DNA of 64,000 nt, taken from NCBI GenBank assembly GCA_030265885.1, contig JAJDGX010000001.1, positions 25,080-89,079 on the forward strand, in the 5' to 3' direction. Below are positions 20,819 through 31,352 of this stretch, one piece after another. The DNA is from Ruminococcaceae bacterium OttesenSCG-928-L11. Its GTDB lineage: Bacteria; Bacillota; Clostridia; Oscillospirales; Ruminococcaceae. The notes beneath the pieces are model-generated. The model saw nothing but the letters and a program-made list of their open reading frames with translations, was not told where the DNA came from and searched no databases. Made by a program: the position numbers and the translations under genes. Position 1 is the stretch's first letter; every line of letters starts with the position of its first letter.

Positions 20819-22429
20819 ATGGGGAATTATTCTTGCAAGCCAATTCTGGAGAGCATCAAGGTAAACGGTCAATTCGTCAACCCCTCCGCAAGTGCTGATA
20901 TTCCGGTTCTTGAAAGCAGTATTCACAATCCCTACGGCAAAAACCTGCTAAGCTTCAACATGAACTTCACTTTTAGCCGCCCGCTTAAATATTCCTATCG
21001 AGTTCACGGCAAAACCTCTGATGTTGACTTTACCTATGCGGTGGATACATACACCTTAAATCCTGTCGTTCCCGTGATCGGTATCTACGCGACCGGCACG
21101 ACAACCATTACTTTCCTTCTGACTGACGATAATGCCGTCGAGTACGAAATACCTGTAGTTACCGATGACTTTACTAGCCTGGATATTGGTGTGCACCTCA
21201 GGGAAATCAGTATAGAGCTGCTTGACGATGCGATGGTCGAAGCAACTATTGGAAATGGATGGTTATTCAACGACCTGATGAACGGTTATGATAAAAACGG
21301 CGATCTGCGAGTCACCGGCTTCACCGGACCGGTCATTCATTTTCCGCAGTTCTCGGCGATGAAAATCCACAACAACGCCTTCTATGTCCAGAGCGAGCAC
21401 ACCGCCTTCTACTATTCCCAGCGCTACGACCGGTACAACATGATGGGAAAGCTGCTGAATTCCTATATCGCACCCGAGAATTACGGTTTCCATCACGACA
21501 TTACCTGGGATAATCAGGGTTATGTCTACATTTTGGGCTCGCCCCTGACCGACGAAGATCCCCTTAGAGCCGGCGAACCCTTGACACGGTCCGGCACAGT
21601 CATAAGAAACGCCGCCGAGAGCGATCTTAAGCGCGAAGGCACCGTGTATAAATACAGGGAGGACACCGGCGAGCTGGTTACCTCCATTGAGTATAGCGGT
21701 CTTTATGACGGTACCGCCACCATAGCCGATTCGGTACCCAACGATGTGCATTTTAACACCATCACTTATATCCCGGAAATCGATCAGTTGGTCATCAACT
21801 CCCGAAACAGCTGTACCTATATGGGTGTTGATAAGCGCACGCTTCTGCCCTGCTGGATCGTCGACAACCCCAATAACCCAGTTCCGGACATGCCGGAAAC
21901 CGCCCTTCTCTTGCCGGAAATGTACAATCTAACCGTTGTTAACCCAGGTGATTTCGTCTACACCAACGGCACCCATTGCACCCTCGTTACCTACAACGAG
22001 AAATACGAAAGCTATCGTGGCGAAAACAAAATCGTCATGTCCCTGCTGGATAACGTGGCCTGCAAGGATCCGGACGGCAAGGATATCATGGTGCTTCAAG
22101 AGCAGGCTCAGGAAATCACCGACGCAGGCTACAACTGGGACACTGCCGTACAGATTGTTGCCATTGACTTAAACAATCGCACTGTCGAGAGCCTGGATCG
22201 CTTTACCATGGCAGGTGAACGTAGCCGGGTGACCTCCTGTGTCTTTGACTCGGTGAACAAGAAGTATTTCCAGGTCTACCATGGTGTTCCCGCCAACTTT
22301 TTTGTCATCGACACCTACGGAAAGGTCGGCGTACGGGCAAGAAGCATCACAGCCAATCACGAATGGTCCTATCGGGCTATCATCTGGTCCTACGATCAGA
22401 TCCGCGACATGATCGCAACCGGCCTTTGA
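20819..22429 (+). CDS. Arylsulfate sulfotransferase (ASST)-like protein
   Basis: VPVIGIY N-domain and FHHD, VHFN, NSRN, THC and YRA motifs; RBS AAGGAG; no obvious signal peptide. Confidence 0.8.
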   Translation: MGNYSCKPILESIKVNGQFVNPSASADIPVLESSIHNPYGKNLLSFNMNFTFSRPLKYSYRVHGKTSDVDFTYAVDTYTLNPVVPVIGIYATGTTTITFLLTDDNAVEYEIPVVTDDFTSLDIGVHLREISIELLDDAMVEATIGNGWLFNDLMNGYDKNGDLRVTGFTGPVIHFPQFSAMKIHNNAFYVQSEHTAFYYSQRYDRYNMMGKLLNSYIAPENYGFHHDITWDNQGYVYILGSPLTDEDPLRAGEPLTRSGTVIRNAAESDLKREGTVYKYREDTGELVTSIEYSGLYDGTATIADSVPNDVHFNTITYIPEIDQLVINSRNSCTYMGVDKRTLLPCWIVDNPNNPVPDMPETALLLPEMYNLTVVNPGDFVYTNGTHCTLVTYNEKYESYRGENKIVMSLLDNVACKDPDGKDIMVLQEQAQEITDAGYNWDTAVQIVAIDLNNRTVESLDRFTMAGERSRVTSCVFDSVNKKYFQVYHGVPANFFVIDTYGKVGVRARSITANHEWSYRAIIWSYDQIRDMIATGL

Positions 22430-22617
22430 TGCAAGAGGTGTGTGATGTCAATCCGTGATGACATTCTAGTAATCCTTGATTTGTTTCAGCAGAAATGCTG
22501 AGAGCCCATATCCTGTTGAGAACGGTTTTTCCTTTATTGGAGTTGACCTAGAGAACGATACATTCGAGTTTCTCTATCAGTTTGAGTTTCAAAATGAGCT
22601 CAGGAAAATGAGCTTTT

Positions 22618-22676
22618 CCTCCTACAACAAAGATGAGTAGTGGCTGTTCGCCACTGCTCATCTTTGTTGTAGGAGG
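22618..22676. repeat. Long 27-bp inverted repeat (hairpin, possibly a terminator)
   Basis: CCTCCTACAACAAAGATGAGTAGTGGC-tgttc-GCCACTGCTCATCTTTGTTGTAGGAGG, with one G:U pair. Confidence 0.8.
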
Positions 22677-22845
22677 CCCCCACCCGGCTCTACGGTGGGC
22701 TGAATGCTTTTGTGTTGCCTAAAACACTTTATCCTTTCTGTTATTTAAAAGCTAATTAGAAACCCACAAAAACAACCAGATATTTTGCCGTTTTATCGGC
22801 AGTACAGCAAAGGTTGCGAGTAATCGAGCATTTTTTAATCACGAG

Positions 22846-23504
22846 TGCCACCACTTCAAGTGGTGGTTTGATAGGGCCCCTAAAAGGGGCATGATACTGG
22901 CAACGCCTAAAGGCGTGGTTTTGCCAGCCGTTGGAACTTATGGCTACCCCTAAAGGGGTTACGGCACGAGCTTATCCTCAATGATGTCTGCATCTTCTTG
23001 GTTCTTGATATACGCCTTGATTGCCTCTTTGTTGATGCCGACTGTGCTCACGAAATATCCTCGTGCCCAGAAATGCCGATTCGTGCCCTTTTTATATTCC
23101 GGGTGCTTATCGAATATCATCAGTGCACTTTTGCCCTTGAGATACCCCATGAACTGCGACACTGCCAACTTGGGCGGTATCTTTAGGCACATGTGGATAT
23201 GGTCGCTCCCGATACTTCCCGACACCACTTCAACTTCCTTCTATCCGCACAGCTTGCGCAGTATCTCCCCTATTTCTTTGCGCAATTCTCCGTACATTAC
23301 CTTACGGCGATACTTCGGTATGATTATGATATGGTACGTGCAATCCCACCGCGTATGTGCTAAACTGTTCTTGTCCATTTGGACGACCTCCTTTGTTTAG
23401 TATGGCGTGGCTGGCAAAACCATCGTCATTATATCAACAAAGGAGGCTTTTTATCATGCCTCTCTGCACTTCTTGTATATTCTCACACGCATAGCGTGTG
23501 GCTT
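22846..23504 (-). mobile_element. IS200/IS605-family element (boundaries approximate)
   Basis: tnpA flanked by subterminal hairpins (CCACCACTTCAAGTGGTGG, GCCCCTAAAAGGGGC, CACACGCATAGCGTGTG); another IS200-like hairpin at 23610-23634. Confidence 0.75.
22959..23378 (-). pseudogene. tnpA: IS200-type Y1 transposase with in-frame TAG at codon 46
   Basis: MDKNSLAHTRWDCTYHIIIIPKYRRK...LCG*KEVE...DHIH...FWARGYFVSTVG...YIKNQ; TAG at 23241-23243. Confidence 0.9.
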
Positions 23505-23653
23505 AATACGTTAGTTACTTGCCGATATCGCACCCTTCTATGACCGCCAGCAATTGAAAAAATGCACCGATGACCGTTCCGGTTAATTTTTCTATTGCTA
23601 GGGCTATTCAAGCCTCCGGCTTAGCCGGAGGTTCTGACTTGCCCTGACCTGCA

Positions 23654-25108
23654 TCACATCACAGCCAACAGCGCGCTGTCGCCAGTCTCCTCGCCCCAGG
23701 TACGCAGCAGCGCAAGCATCTCATTGTAAACCGGTGCGTACCGCTCGCGGACAGCCAGATTACGCAGCTCCCACGGGTCGCGGCGCAGATCGTAGAGCTC
23801 ATCCACCTGATTCTCATTGAAGATGAGCTTGTAGTCGCGGGTGATCAGCGCACGGCCAATATGGTTGCCCCAGTGGCCGTGGGTCTCACAGACGATGTAT
23901 TCCCGCCACGGCTTTCCGGTTCGAAAGATGTCGAGCAGCGAGTGCCCGTCCACCGGCTGGGGGTAGTCGAGGCCGGCAGCATCGAGAATCGTCGGGCCAG
24001 CATCCAGATTGGAGACGAAATCGGCACGGCGCTCGCCTGCGGATACAACCCCCGGATAGCGTATCGCCATCGGAATGCGGATCATCTCCTCCGGCATGTA
24101 GGAGGCCTTGTCGAAGTGACCGCCGTGACAGGCAACCGCATCGCCGTGATCGGTGGTCATGATGACCAGCGTGTTCTGAGCCAGGCCCAGTTCGTCCAGC
24201 GCGTCCAGCACGATGCCCGCCGCTGCGTCCACCTGAGTGATCTGCGCGTAGCACCGAGCCAGAATCTGCCTCCATTGGTCGGGGGCAAGCGCCGACGGGT
24301 AGAGGATGTTGTATGCCCCATCGTGCAGGCCTTTGTTGTGCTCCACACGGTAGATCTCGGGCTTATCGTTTTCATAAACGTTCTCGTAAAGGCTGGTGGG
24401 CAGCGAGATGTCCTGCGCGCGATACAGCCCGGCAAAGTCGCGGGTGGGGAAATAAGGCTGGTGGGGACCCCAGAAGTCCAGCCGAAGGTGAAAGGGCTTG
24501 TCGCTCCCAGCCAGCTCCCGGAGCTGCTTTTTGGCGAGGTGCGCGAGGAAGAAGGACTCGTGAGCCTCCTTTGGAGCCAGCATCACGCCGGAGGCGTGTT
24601 CGTTGCACCAATTGCCGTCCTGTTTGAGCATTTGCCCAGCCTTATCCGGCCCCTGATCTTTTTCCCAGAAGTAATGCTCGATAAAGACTTCCGGCTCGTC
24701 CAACCCCAGTTCCTCAAGGTAAGCGCGGTACTCGGCCTTGGTATAAGGGTTGTTGTAGCTAGGGTAATTAAACCCCGTGCAGCCGTGGTCGAGGGCTGTG
24801 CCTAGCCCGGCATGCCACTTACCCACATAGCGGCAATCGTAGCCGCCCTGTGCCAGAATATCCAAATATAGCTCCTTGTCAAAGGGATGGTCGTCATCGT
24901 TTTGCTTTTCGCCGTGGTTGTGGGGGAAAAGGCCGGTCAGCATGCTGCGGCGGGCCGGGCCGCACAGGGGGCAGACGGTGTAGGCGTTCTCAAACTCCAC
25001 GCCTTGCCTTGCGAAGCTCTCAAATACAGGCCGCTTGGCCTGTGTGTGGCCGTAGAAGGCCTGGTGGTCATTGAGAATGTAAACAATATTGGGGCGGCGC
25101 TCGCTCAT
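23654..25108 (-). CDS. Cys-type (formylglycine-dependent) sulfatase, cytoplasmic
   Basis: PNIVYILND, CPLCGPARRSMLTG (CxPxR), GKWH, PHQPY, TTDHG and ELYDL..DPWE motifs. Confidence 0.95.
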   Translation of the reverse strand: MSERRPNIVYILNDHQAFYGHTQAKRPVFESFARQGVEFENAYTVCPLCGPARRSMLTGLFPHNHGEKQNDDDHPFDKELYLDILAQGGYDCRYVGKWHAGLGTALDHGCTGFNYPSYNNPYTKAEYRAYLEELGLDEPEVFIEHYFWEKDQGPDKAGQMLKQDGNWCNEHASGVMLAPKEAHESFFLAHLAKKQLRELAGSDKPFHLRLDFWGPHQPYFPTRDFAGLYRAQDISLPTSLYENVYENDKPEIYRVEHNKGLHDGAYNILYPSALAPDQWRQILARCYAQITQVDAAAGIVLDALDELGLAQNTLVIMTTDHGDAVACHGGHFDKASYMPEEMIRIPMAIRYPGVVSAGERRADFVSNLDAGPTILDAAGLDYPQPVDGHSLLDIFRTGKPWREYIVCETHGHWGNHIGRALITRDYKLIFNENQVDELYDLRRDPWELRNLAVRERYAPVYNEMLALLRTWGEETGDSALLAVM

Positions 25109-25136
25109 GATGGGTCACTCCTTTGTTTTATAAATA

Positions 25137-25186
25137 CGCGCCCGAAGCGGGCGACCTCCGTTTGGGAGGCCGCCCGCTTGGGGCGG
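25137..25186 (-). terminator. Hairpin after the solute-binding protein gene (mRNA stabiliser or attenuator)
   Basis: Stem AAGCGGGCGACCTCC/GGAGGCCGCCCGCTT between the SBP and sulfatase genes. Confidence 0.55.
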
Positions 25187-25189
25187 TAA

Positions 25190-26893
25190 TCACGAATTGA
25201 AGATATCGTAGTACTTGTTATAAAGCTCGGCGTAGCGATCCGCGCCCAGAGCGGCCAGTTGCTTCTGGTAATCGTCCCAGCCCTGATCAGTCACACCGCC
25301 GGTGACAAACTTGGCGAACTGGTTGTTGACATAGTTGAACAGGTCGGGCTTGATCTGGAGTATTTCCTGGTTCTCCTCCTCCGTATAAATCAGCTCAGGC
25401 AGGCCCACTGTAGCGTTGTCAATATAGCTTCCCGAGGCGTTGAGAGAGGCCTGGCGCTCCAGGGCCGGGGCCGCGGTTATATGCTTCTGGGCCCAAAAGT
25501 CGCCAAAGCACCAGTAGGGAATGCCATAGCCCCAGGGGCTCACTAGGCTGGAGTTGGCCTCGGTCCGGGGCTCACCGCTGGGAATATTGGCAAGCTCAGT
25601 CCACTTTCCGTCCTCCACGTAATCCCAGGAGTATCCCTGGGGACCAAAGCGTACCTGCAGGGCATTTTCGCTGTTATCCAGCCAGTAATCGATATACTGC
25701 AGGGTTTCGGCAGGGTATTTGTTTTCCGAGGTAATGAAGAATTGATTGGCCGTGTAACCGGGGATCAGCCTGTTGCGCCGCCACACTGCGGTACCGTCGG
25801 CATTCTGAGGCATATCCACCACCCGGTAGGCGTTCTGGGACTCGTCGCCGTCGTTGAGTGTCAGATGCCAGAACTGCAGGCTGGCACCCACGCCCTCGGT
25901 TTTTGCCTTTGATTTAAGCTGCTGGTTGTTTTGGGTGAAGATCTCAGGATCAATGAGGCCCTCAGAATACCACTGGTGGAAGTATTCCAGCGCCTTGCGG
26001 GTGGCGTCTGTGCCGGGAGCAAATTCGAGGGGCCCCTTGCCTTCCTTACTTTGGGTCATATAGGTTGCCTCGTCCCAAGGATCGCCAAAGTAGCCGATCA
26101 GGTAGGTGAGGCGGCTGGGAATATTGGCATTGGCGGTGTCGATCTCAAAAGACAGGCCAATCTCGTTGCGTCCGTCGCCGTTGAGATCCTGACTGCTGAC
26201 GGCGCGCAGGTATTCGCCCATTTCATCCAGGGTCTTGGGCTGCTCCATGCCCAGGGCCTGCAGGTAGGTGTCGTTGATCCACCAAATGGCCTCCACGCGA
26301 ATGTTCTGGTTCTCATCCAAGGAGGGCAGGGCATAGATGTGCCCGTCGGGATAAGTGCTCAGCTTGCGGAAGTCCTCCCGCTCGTCAAACCACTTCTTGG
26401 TGTTGACGCCATACTCCTCAATGAGCCCTTCCAAGGGAATAATTGAGCCCTCCTGCCCATACTTGAAGATGACGGTGCTCTCGTAGGCATAGGCCGGGCC
26501 AAAGGCGTCAGGCAGGTCGTTGGTGGCCAGCAGCAGCTTGTATTTTTCAGCGAAAGCGGTGTTGGAAATCTCGTCCCACTCCACGGTTACATTGCTCTTC
26601 TCGCTGAACTCCTTGAGCATATCCAGGTCGTTGAGAGAAACGGTCCGCTCGGCGGACATGGGAACCACAATGCGCACGGTAATGGGTTCCTCCGATATTG
26701 GCATACTGCCGGGCTCCCTCGCCGCGCCCTCCTCGGCGGAAGCGTCGGAACCCGCCCCAGACGAAGTGGAGCCGGATGCACTCTGGCTACCGCCGGAGGA
26801 TGAGACGGGCTCGCCGCCGTTCCCCCCGCATCCGCCAAACGCGGCAACCAGCATCACGCTGGTCAGCAGGCATGCAAATAATCTTTTCTTCAT
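25190..26893 (-). CDS. Carbohydrate ABC transporter substrate-binding lipoprotein
   Basis: Lipobox FGGC, Ser/Gly linker, LLLATNDLPD and PDGHIYALP motifs. Confidence 0.9.
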   Translation of the reverse strand: MKKRLFACLLTSVMLVAAFGGCGGNGGEPVSSSGGSQSASGSTSSGAGSDASAEEGAAREPGSMPISEEPITVRIVVPMSAERTVSLNDLDMLKEFSEKSNVTVEWDEISNTAFAEKYKLLLATNDLPDAFGPAYAYESTVIFKYGQEGSIIPLEGLIEEYGVNTKKWFDEREDFRKLSTYPDGHIYALPSLDENQNIRVEAIWWINDTYLQALGMEQPKTLDEMGEYLRAVSSQDLNGDGRNEIGLSFEIDTANANIPSRLTYLIGYFGDPWDEATYMTQSKEGKGPLEFAPGTDATRKALEYFHQWYSEGLIDPEIFTQNNQQLKSKAKTEGVGASLQFWHLTLNDGDESQNAYRVVDMPQNADGTAVWRRNRLIPGYTANQFFITSENKYPAETLQYIDYWLDNSENALQVRFGPQGYSWDYVEDGKWTELANIPSGEPRTEANSSLVSPWGYGIPYWCFGDFWAQKHITAAPALERQASLNASGSYIDNATVGLPELIYTEEENQEILQIKPDLFNYVNNQFAKFVTGGVTDQGWDDYQKQLAALGADRYAELYNKYYDIFNS

Positions 26894-26952
26894 AATACGA
26901 TCTCCTCTCAGAAGTGAATTGTCCGGGCCGGTATTATCACCGCAAATGCGGG

Positions 26953-27876
26953 CTATCCCTTGACCGCGCCAATCATGACGCCCTTCTCAAAGTATTTCTG
27001 AACAAACGGGTACACACAAAGGATCGGCAGCGACGCCACCACAATCACGCCGTATTTGATCAGCTCCGCATAACGTTCCCGGCGTAGCAGCTCCTCCATC
27101 ATGGATTCATCAAAGGCCATCTGAGTGGCTGAGTTCTGAATCAGAATCTCCCGCAGCACCATCTGCAGGGGCTGGTATTCCCGCTTGGACACATAGATCA
27201 GCGCGTTGAAGTATTGGTTCCAGTGGGTCACGCCGTAGTAAATGACCATCACGCCGATTAGCGCCTTGGACAAGGGCAGCACAATGCGGAAAAAGAAACC
27301 GATGTTGCCGCAGCCGTCAATGGCGGCTGCTTCGTGGAGATCCTGGGGAATGCTGTTCTCGAAGAAGGACCGGGCAATGAGCATGTTGTATACGCTGACG
27401 GCCCCCAGCAAAACCAATACCCACGGGGTGTTGTACAGCCCCAGCGACTGCACCACCAAAAAGGTGGGGATCAGACCGCCATTAAAGAACATGGTAAACA
27501 GAAAGAAAAAGGTGATGTATTTTCTGCCGTCCAGATCGGTGCGGGACAGCGGATAGGCCGCCAGCAGCGTGATCGAGACGTTGAGCGTGGTGCCCACTAC
27601 CGTGTACAAAATGGTGTTGCGGTAGCCTATCCAAATGCGGCTGTCCTCAAAGAGCTTCTGGTATCCCTCAAAGGTCACCCCCATGGGATAGAAGATAATC
27701 TTGCCGCTGTTGACCGCATCGGGGTTGCTAATGGACGCGATCAGCACGAAATACAGGGGGTAAAGCACCAGCAGCCCCAGAACGACTAAAAGAACGGTAT
27801 TGATCACATCATACACCCGGTCACCTCTGGTAGGTTTAATCCGGTTGGGGTTTGCACCCCGTCTTGCCTCAGTCAT
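26953..27876 (-). CDS. Carbohydrate ABC permease (LplC/MalG-like)
   Basis: EAAAIDG EAA loop; FNGGLIPTF; QKYFEKGVMIGAVKG C-terminus. Confidence 0.92.
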   Translation of the reverse strand: MTEARRGANPNRIKPTRGDRVYDVINTVLLVVLGLLVLYPLYFVLIASISNPDAVNSGKIIFYPMGVTFEGYQKLFEDSRIWIGYRNTILYTVVGTTLNVSITLLAAYPLSRTDLDGRKYITFFFLFTMFFNGGLIPTFLVVQSLGLYNTPWVLVLLGAVSVYNMLIARSFFENSIPQDLHEAAAIDGCGNIGFFFRIVLPLSKALIGVMVIYYGVTHWNQYFNALIYVSKREYQPLQMVLREILIQNSATQMAFDESMMEELLRRERYAELIKYGVIVVASLPILCVYPFVQKYFEKGVMIGAVKG

Positions 27877-27896
27877 ACCCAATCCCTCCTTGCCTC

Positions 27897-28799
27897 TTAC
27901 CACAGGCTGCTTTTCGTAATCCGGCGGGAGAACCAATTGACAGCACTCAGAAGCACCAGATTGATAACATTATTAAAGAGCCCCACCGCAGCCGCATAGC
28001 TGTAGTCAATGTCCAGCAGTCCCTTTTTGTATACATAGGTCGAGAGTATCTCGGCAATCTCAATGTTCAGGGGCGTCTGCATCAGATAAGCCTTCTCAAA
28101 GCCAAGGCTCATCACGCCGCCCACGTTGAGGGTGAGGATAATGGCCGCCGTGGGTACAATCATGGGCAGGTCGATTGAGATCACCCTTCGCAGCTTGCTC
28201 GCGCCGTCCACCACGGCTGCTTCATGGAGCTCAGGGCTTACCCCCGACAGGGCAGCCATGTAAATAATTGAACTCCATCCGGTGGTCTGCCACACGTTTG
28301 AAAAGACAAACATATGCCGAAAATATTGCTCTTCACCCATAAAGAGCCGGGGCTGGGCGCCAAAAAAAACAAGAATCTGGTTGAACACGCCTCTGGGCGC
28401 GAACATGATGAACATCATCCCCACCAACACCACCACCGAGATAAAATAGGGCGCGTATGTAATGTTTTTGAGAACGGTGCCCAGCCGCTTGCTAAAGCAG
28501 GAATTAATCATCAGCGCCAGCAGAATGGGCAGCGGAAATGTTACCACCAGTTGGTAGAAGCTGAGAACGAGGGTGTTCCCCACAATGGGCAAAAAATTGG
28601 GGGAGGTAAACACCCGGGTGAAGTGCTTCAGCCCCACCCAGGGGCTTCCCATAATCCCCAATCGCGCCGAAAAATCCTTAAAGGCAATAGTCACGCCGTA
28701 CATGGGAAAGTAGTGAAAGACAATCAGGTAGACGATGGCGGGGACCAGCATCAGGTATAGTCCCCAGTTTCTGCGCAGTGCGTGTTGCAGCTTGGTCAT
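27897..28799 (-). CDS. Carbohydrate ABC permease (LplB/MalF-like)
   Basis: SPWVGLKHF, GWSSIIYMAAL, EAAVVDGA and YSYAAAVGLF motifs. Confidence 0.92.
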   Translation of the reverse strand: MTKLQHALRRNWGLYLMLVPAIVYLIVFHYFPMYGVTIAFKDFSARLGIMGSPWVGLKHFTRVFTSPNFLPIVGNTLVLSFYQLVVTFPLPILLALMINSCFSKRLGTVLKNITYAPYFISVVVLVGMMFIMFAPRGVFNQILVFFGAQPRLFMGEEQYFRHMFVFSNVWQTTGWSSIIYMAALSGVSPELHEAAVVDGASKLRRVISIDLPMIVPTAAIILTLNVGGVMSLGFEKAYLMQTPLNIEIAEILSTYVYKKGLLDIDYSYAAAVGLFNNVINLVLLSAVNWFSRRITKSSLW

Positions 28800-29104
28800 A
28801 AGCACTCTCCTCGCCGTTTCTGTGAATCCAAATAAAAGATAGCCACATACCGTCGTTTATTTGGTCCTCCTGTACAGTTTTTTGTTCTGCTGCTATCATA
28901 ACGAAAGGGGTGCGTTCTTGTAAATAAGCAATAATATTTTCATGTGCACAAAGTAACGGTTGGGCGAAATGACGGGATTGACTGTTTTTCACCTATTGTA
29001 TATTTTTCACGAAGGTTTATTTACACAGGAGTTTCGCTTGCAAGCAGTTTCTTTCCTGATATACTAAAAGTAACATGCTGCTATGCTGGAATGGAGAAGT
29101 GAAA

Positions 29105-31216
29105 ATGCGTATTCCGAAAACCTTTCGCAACTATTTGCTTTCCTATATTATCATCTTCTCTATCCCCACCATCATTCTGGCTGCATTTTGCTATTCCTAT
29201 TTGTTGGGGCAGTTTCGACAGATGATCTACAACGCCGAAGCAGCGGAACAGCAGAAGCAAATTGAGTCGGTGGAGATCAACTACGAGCGCATCCGCAACA
29301 CCTGTATGCAGTTCGGTCTGCAATACCAGATTACCTACGCCCAGCTTCAGGAGGACGTGAACGTCCGCCGGGCGCTACTCACCCAGCTGCAAAATCTCCA
29401 ACTCCCTCTCACCCCCTACATCCAGGAGGTAATTTTGTGGGTGCCGGGCCACTCGTACATTTATTCCAGTATGACTAGCTACACCATTGACAGCTACCGG
29501 CAAATCCATGGCTTCGACCTGCAACCATATTTGCAGGAGCTGGACGCGGTCTCCGCACCCAAAGAGCAGCTCATCTGCGGCACAGATACGGACGATGGCC
29601 CCTTCTACTACATCTGCAACTACCCCTACCAGTCACTGGCACCATGGGGCCGCCTGATCCTCAAGCTGGACATAGACGCGTTCACCTCCATGCTGCCAGA
29701 AAATTACGTGCTCTACCACCAAGGCAGCGCGTTCCTCAACCGCAGCCAACTATCGGACGGCCAGATCTCGGCGGAGAGTTGGGATGAGTCACCTGAGCTG
29801 ATCATTTCCAACGAGACCAGCAACCAATTCCGGCTGCTGACAGTGCTGGATATGGAAGAAGCTTTCGCCGACTTGAACCGAGCACAGCATGTATTTCTTG
29901 CGCTGGTGGCAGGGGTGTCACTGTTGTCGGCGGTATGTCTGTACATTTTCAGCTACCGCAACTACAAGCCCATTAATGAGTTGGATCAGGCTCTGGACAA
30001 ACTGGGCGTGCTGGACCCCGACGGCTCTCGCAAATCCTCCGAGGTGGTTCGCGCCATCGCCTCCATGGAGCAATTGGATCAGCGTCTGCTTAAGGAACGC
30101 AACATCGCGCGCGGGCTGTGGCTTTCGCGGCTGATTAGCAGTCAAGGTGAGAATCTGCCCCGTATCCGCATCGAGCTGGAGGGCTATGGTGTGACGCTGG
30201 ACGCAGATGAATATGCCGTGGCCGTCCTGCAGGTGGACCGTCCGGTGCAAGCCAATCAATACTTTGACAAGGTGGCCTTTGTGCCGGAACCGGATGGGAT
30301 CTACTACTATATCGATGCCCGCGGACACATCATACTTCTCATTGCGGGCGTACCGGGCCTGACGGAGAGGCTCTCCCCTCGGCTGGCTACCGTGATCGTA
30401 AAGCTGGAGGAAATTGGCATTCATCTCGATGCCTACGTAGGCGAGGTCTGCACCGATCTCAGCAAGCTCTACAACTCCTATGTGGACGCGCTGCTGCTCA
30501 TGGACAGCGGCCGGGGCTGCAACGGGGCCATCCACTACAGCTGGCTGGACAGTCCGGTCCGCTACTTCCTATACCCCAAGACCGAGCTGGGCAACCTGTC
30601 CACCGCGCTGGCACGCCGGGATCCGGAAGAGATCAAAAGCGCCCTGCGCATCCTCTCTTGTCAGATGGACCAGTCCATTTACAAGGAATTCCTGTACAAG
30701 ACCATCTGTTACGAAATCGCAAACCTTCTCCTCACTGCCTTGGACAGCGACAAGTGCGACGGACTTCGGGGGCTCACCGGCCGGTTTATCTGGGACCTCA
30801 ACAGCTCATACTCCAACGACGGTCTGGTTGCCCAGCTGCAAAAGCTCGAGGATGAGATCATTGAGGCCTTCGAGCCCTCTGTCCCGGCCGCCGATGGTGA
30901 AACCATAATGGAATCCGTTCTCGCCTACATCCACGAACATCACCGGAACCCCAACTTCTATCTGGGGCAGGTGGCCGACACATTCCACATCTCCTCCAAC
31001 AACCTCAGCCAGCAGTTCAAGCGAGCCGTGGGTGTGTCTCCTGGAAAATACGTCACCGCCCTGCGCATTGAGGCGGCAAAAAAGCTGCTGGTCGAAACCG
31101 CCCTCCCAGTCAAGGAGATCGCCCTGCAGGTGGGCTTTGGCGACGCATCCTCCTTCATCCGCAAGTTTAAAAGCATCACCTCCGTCACCCCAAATCAATA
31201 TCGAGAGAGGAAATAG
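29105..31216 (+). CDS. Membrane-anchored AraC-family regulator (YesS-like)
   Basis: Two TM helices flank a sensor region; C-terminal AraC HTH (AKKLLVETALPVKEIALQVGFGDASSFIRKFK). Confidence 0.9.
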   Translation: MRIPKTFRNYLLSYIIIFSIPTIILAAFCYSYLLGQFRQMIYNAEAAEQQKQIESVEINYERIRNTCMQFGLQYQITYAQLQEDVNVRRALLTQLQNLQLPLTPYIQEVILWVPGHSYIYSSMTSYTIDSYRQIHGFDLQPYLQELDAVSAPKEQLICGTDTDDGPFYYICNYPYQSLAPWGRLILKLDIDAFTSMLPENYVLYHQGSAFLNRSQLSDGQISAESWDESPELIISNETSNQFRLLTVLDMEEAFADLNRAQHVFLALVAGVSLLSAVCLYIFSYRNYKPINELDQALDKLGVLDPDGSRKSSEVVRAIASMEQLDQRLLKERNIARGLWLSRLISSQGENLPRIRIELEGYGVTLDADEYAVAVLQVDRPVQANQYFDKVAFVPEPDGIYYYIDARGHIILLIAGVPGLTERLSPRLATVIVKLEEIGIHLDAYVGEVCTDLSKLYNSYVDALLLMDSGRGCNGAIHYSWLDSPVRYFLYPKTELGNLSTALARRDPEEIKSALRILSCQMDQSIYKEFLYKTICYEIANLLLTALDSDKCDGLRGLTGRFIWDLNSSYSNDGLVAQLQKLEDEIIEAFEPSVPAADGETIMESVLAYIHEHHRNPNFYLGQVADTFHISSNNLSQQFKRAVGVSPGKYVTALRIEAAKKLLVETALPVKEIALQVGFGDASSFIRKFKSITSVTPNQYRERK

Positions 31217-31352
31217 CAACAGTAAAATGAATAAATACAAGTTGTCATGGTGAGGAGAAGCATAATTATACTATGTTAGAAATTGCTTAAATATCAGGTT
31301 TATTGAGTTTCGCAATCGTCTGGCAAATTTTACTCTGAGAGGAGCCGACTTT

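Noticed and set aside
23241-23243. Possible amber read-through (pyrrolysine) in IS200 tnpA
   Set aside because: A single TAG at a position usually occupied by Tyr/Trp-type codons is most simply a nonsense mutation; there are no pyl genes or other in-frame ambers in the window.
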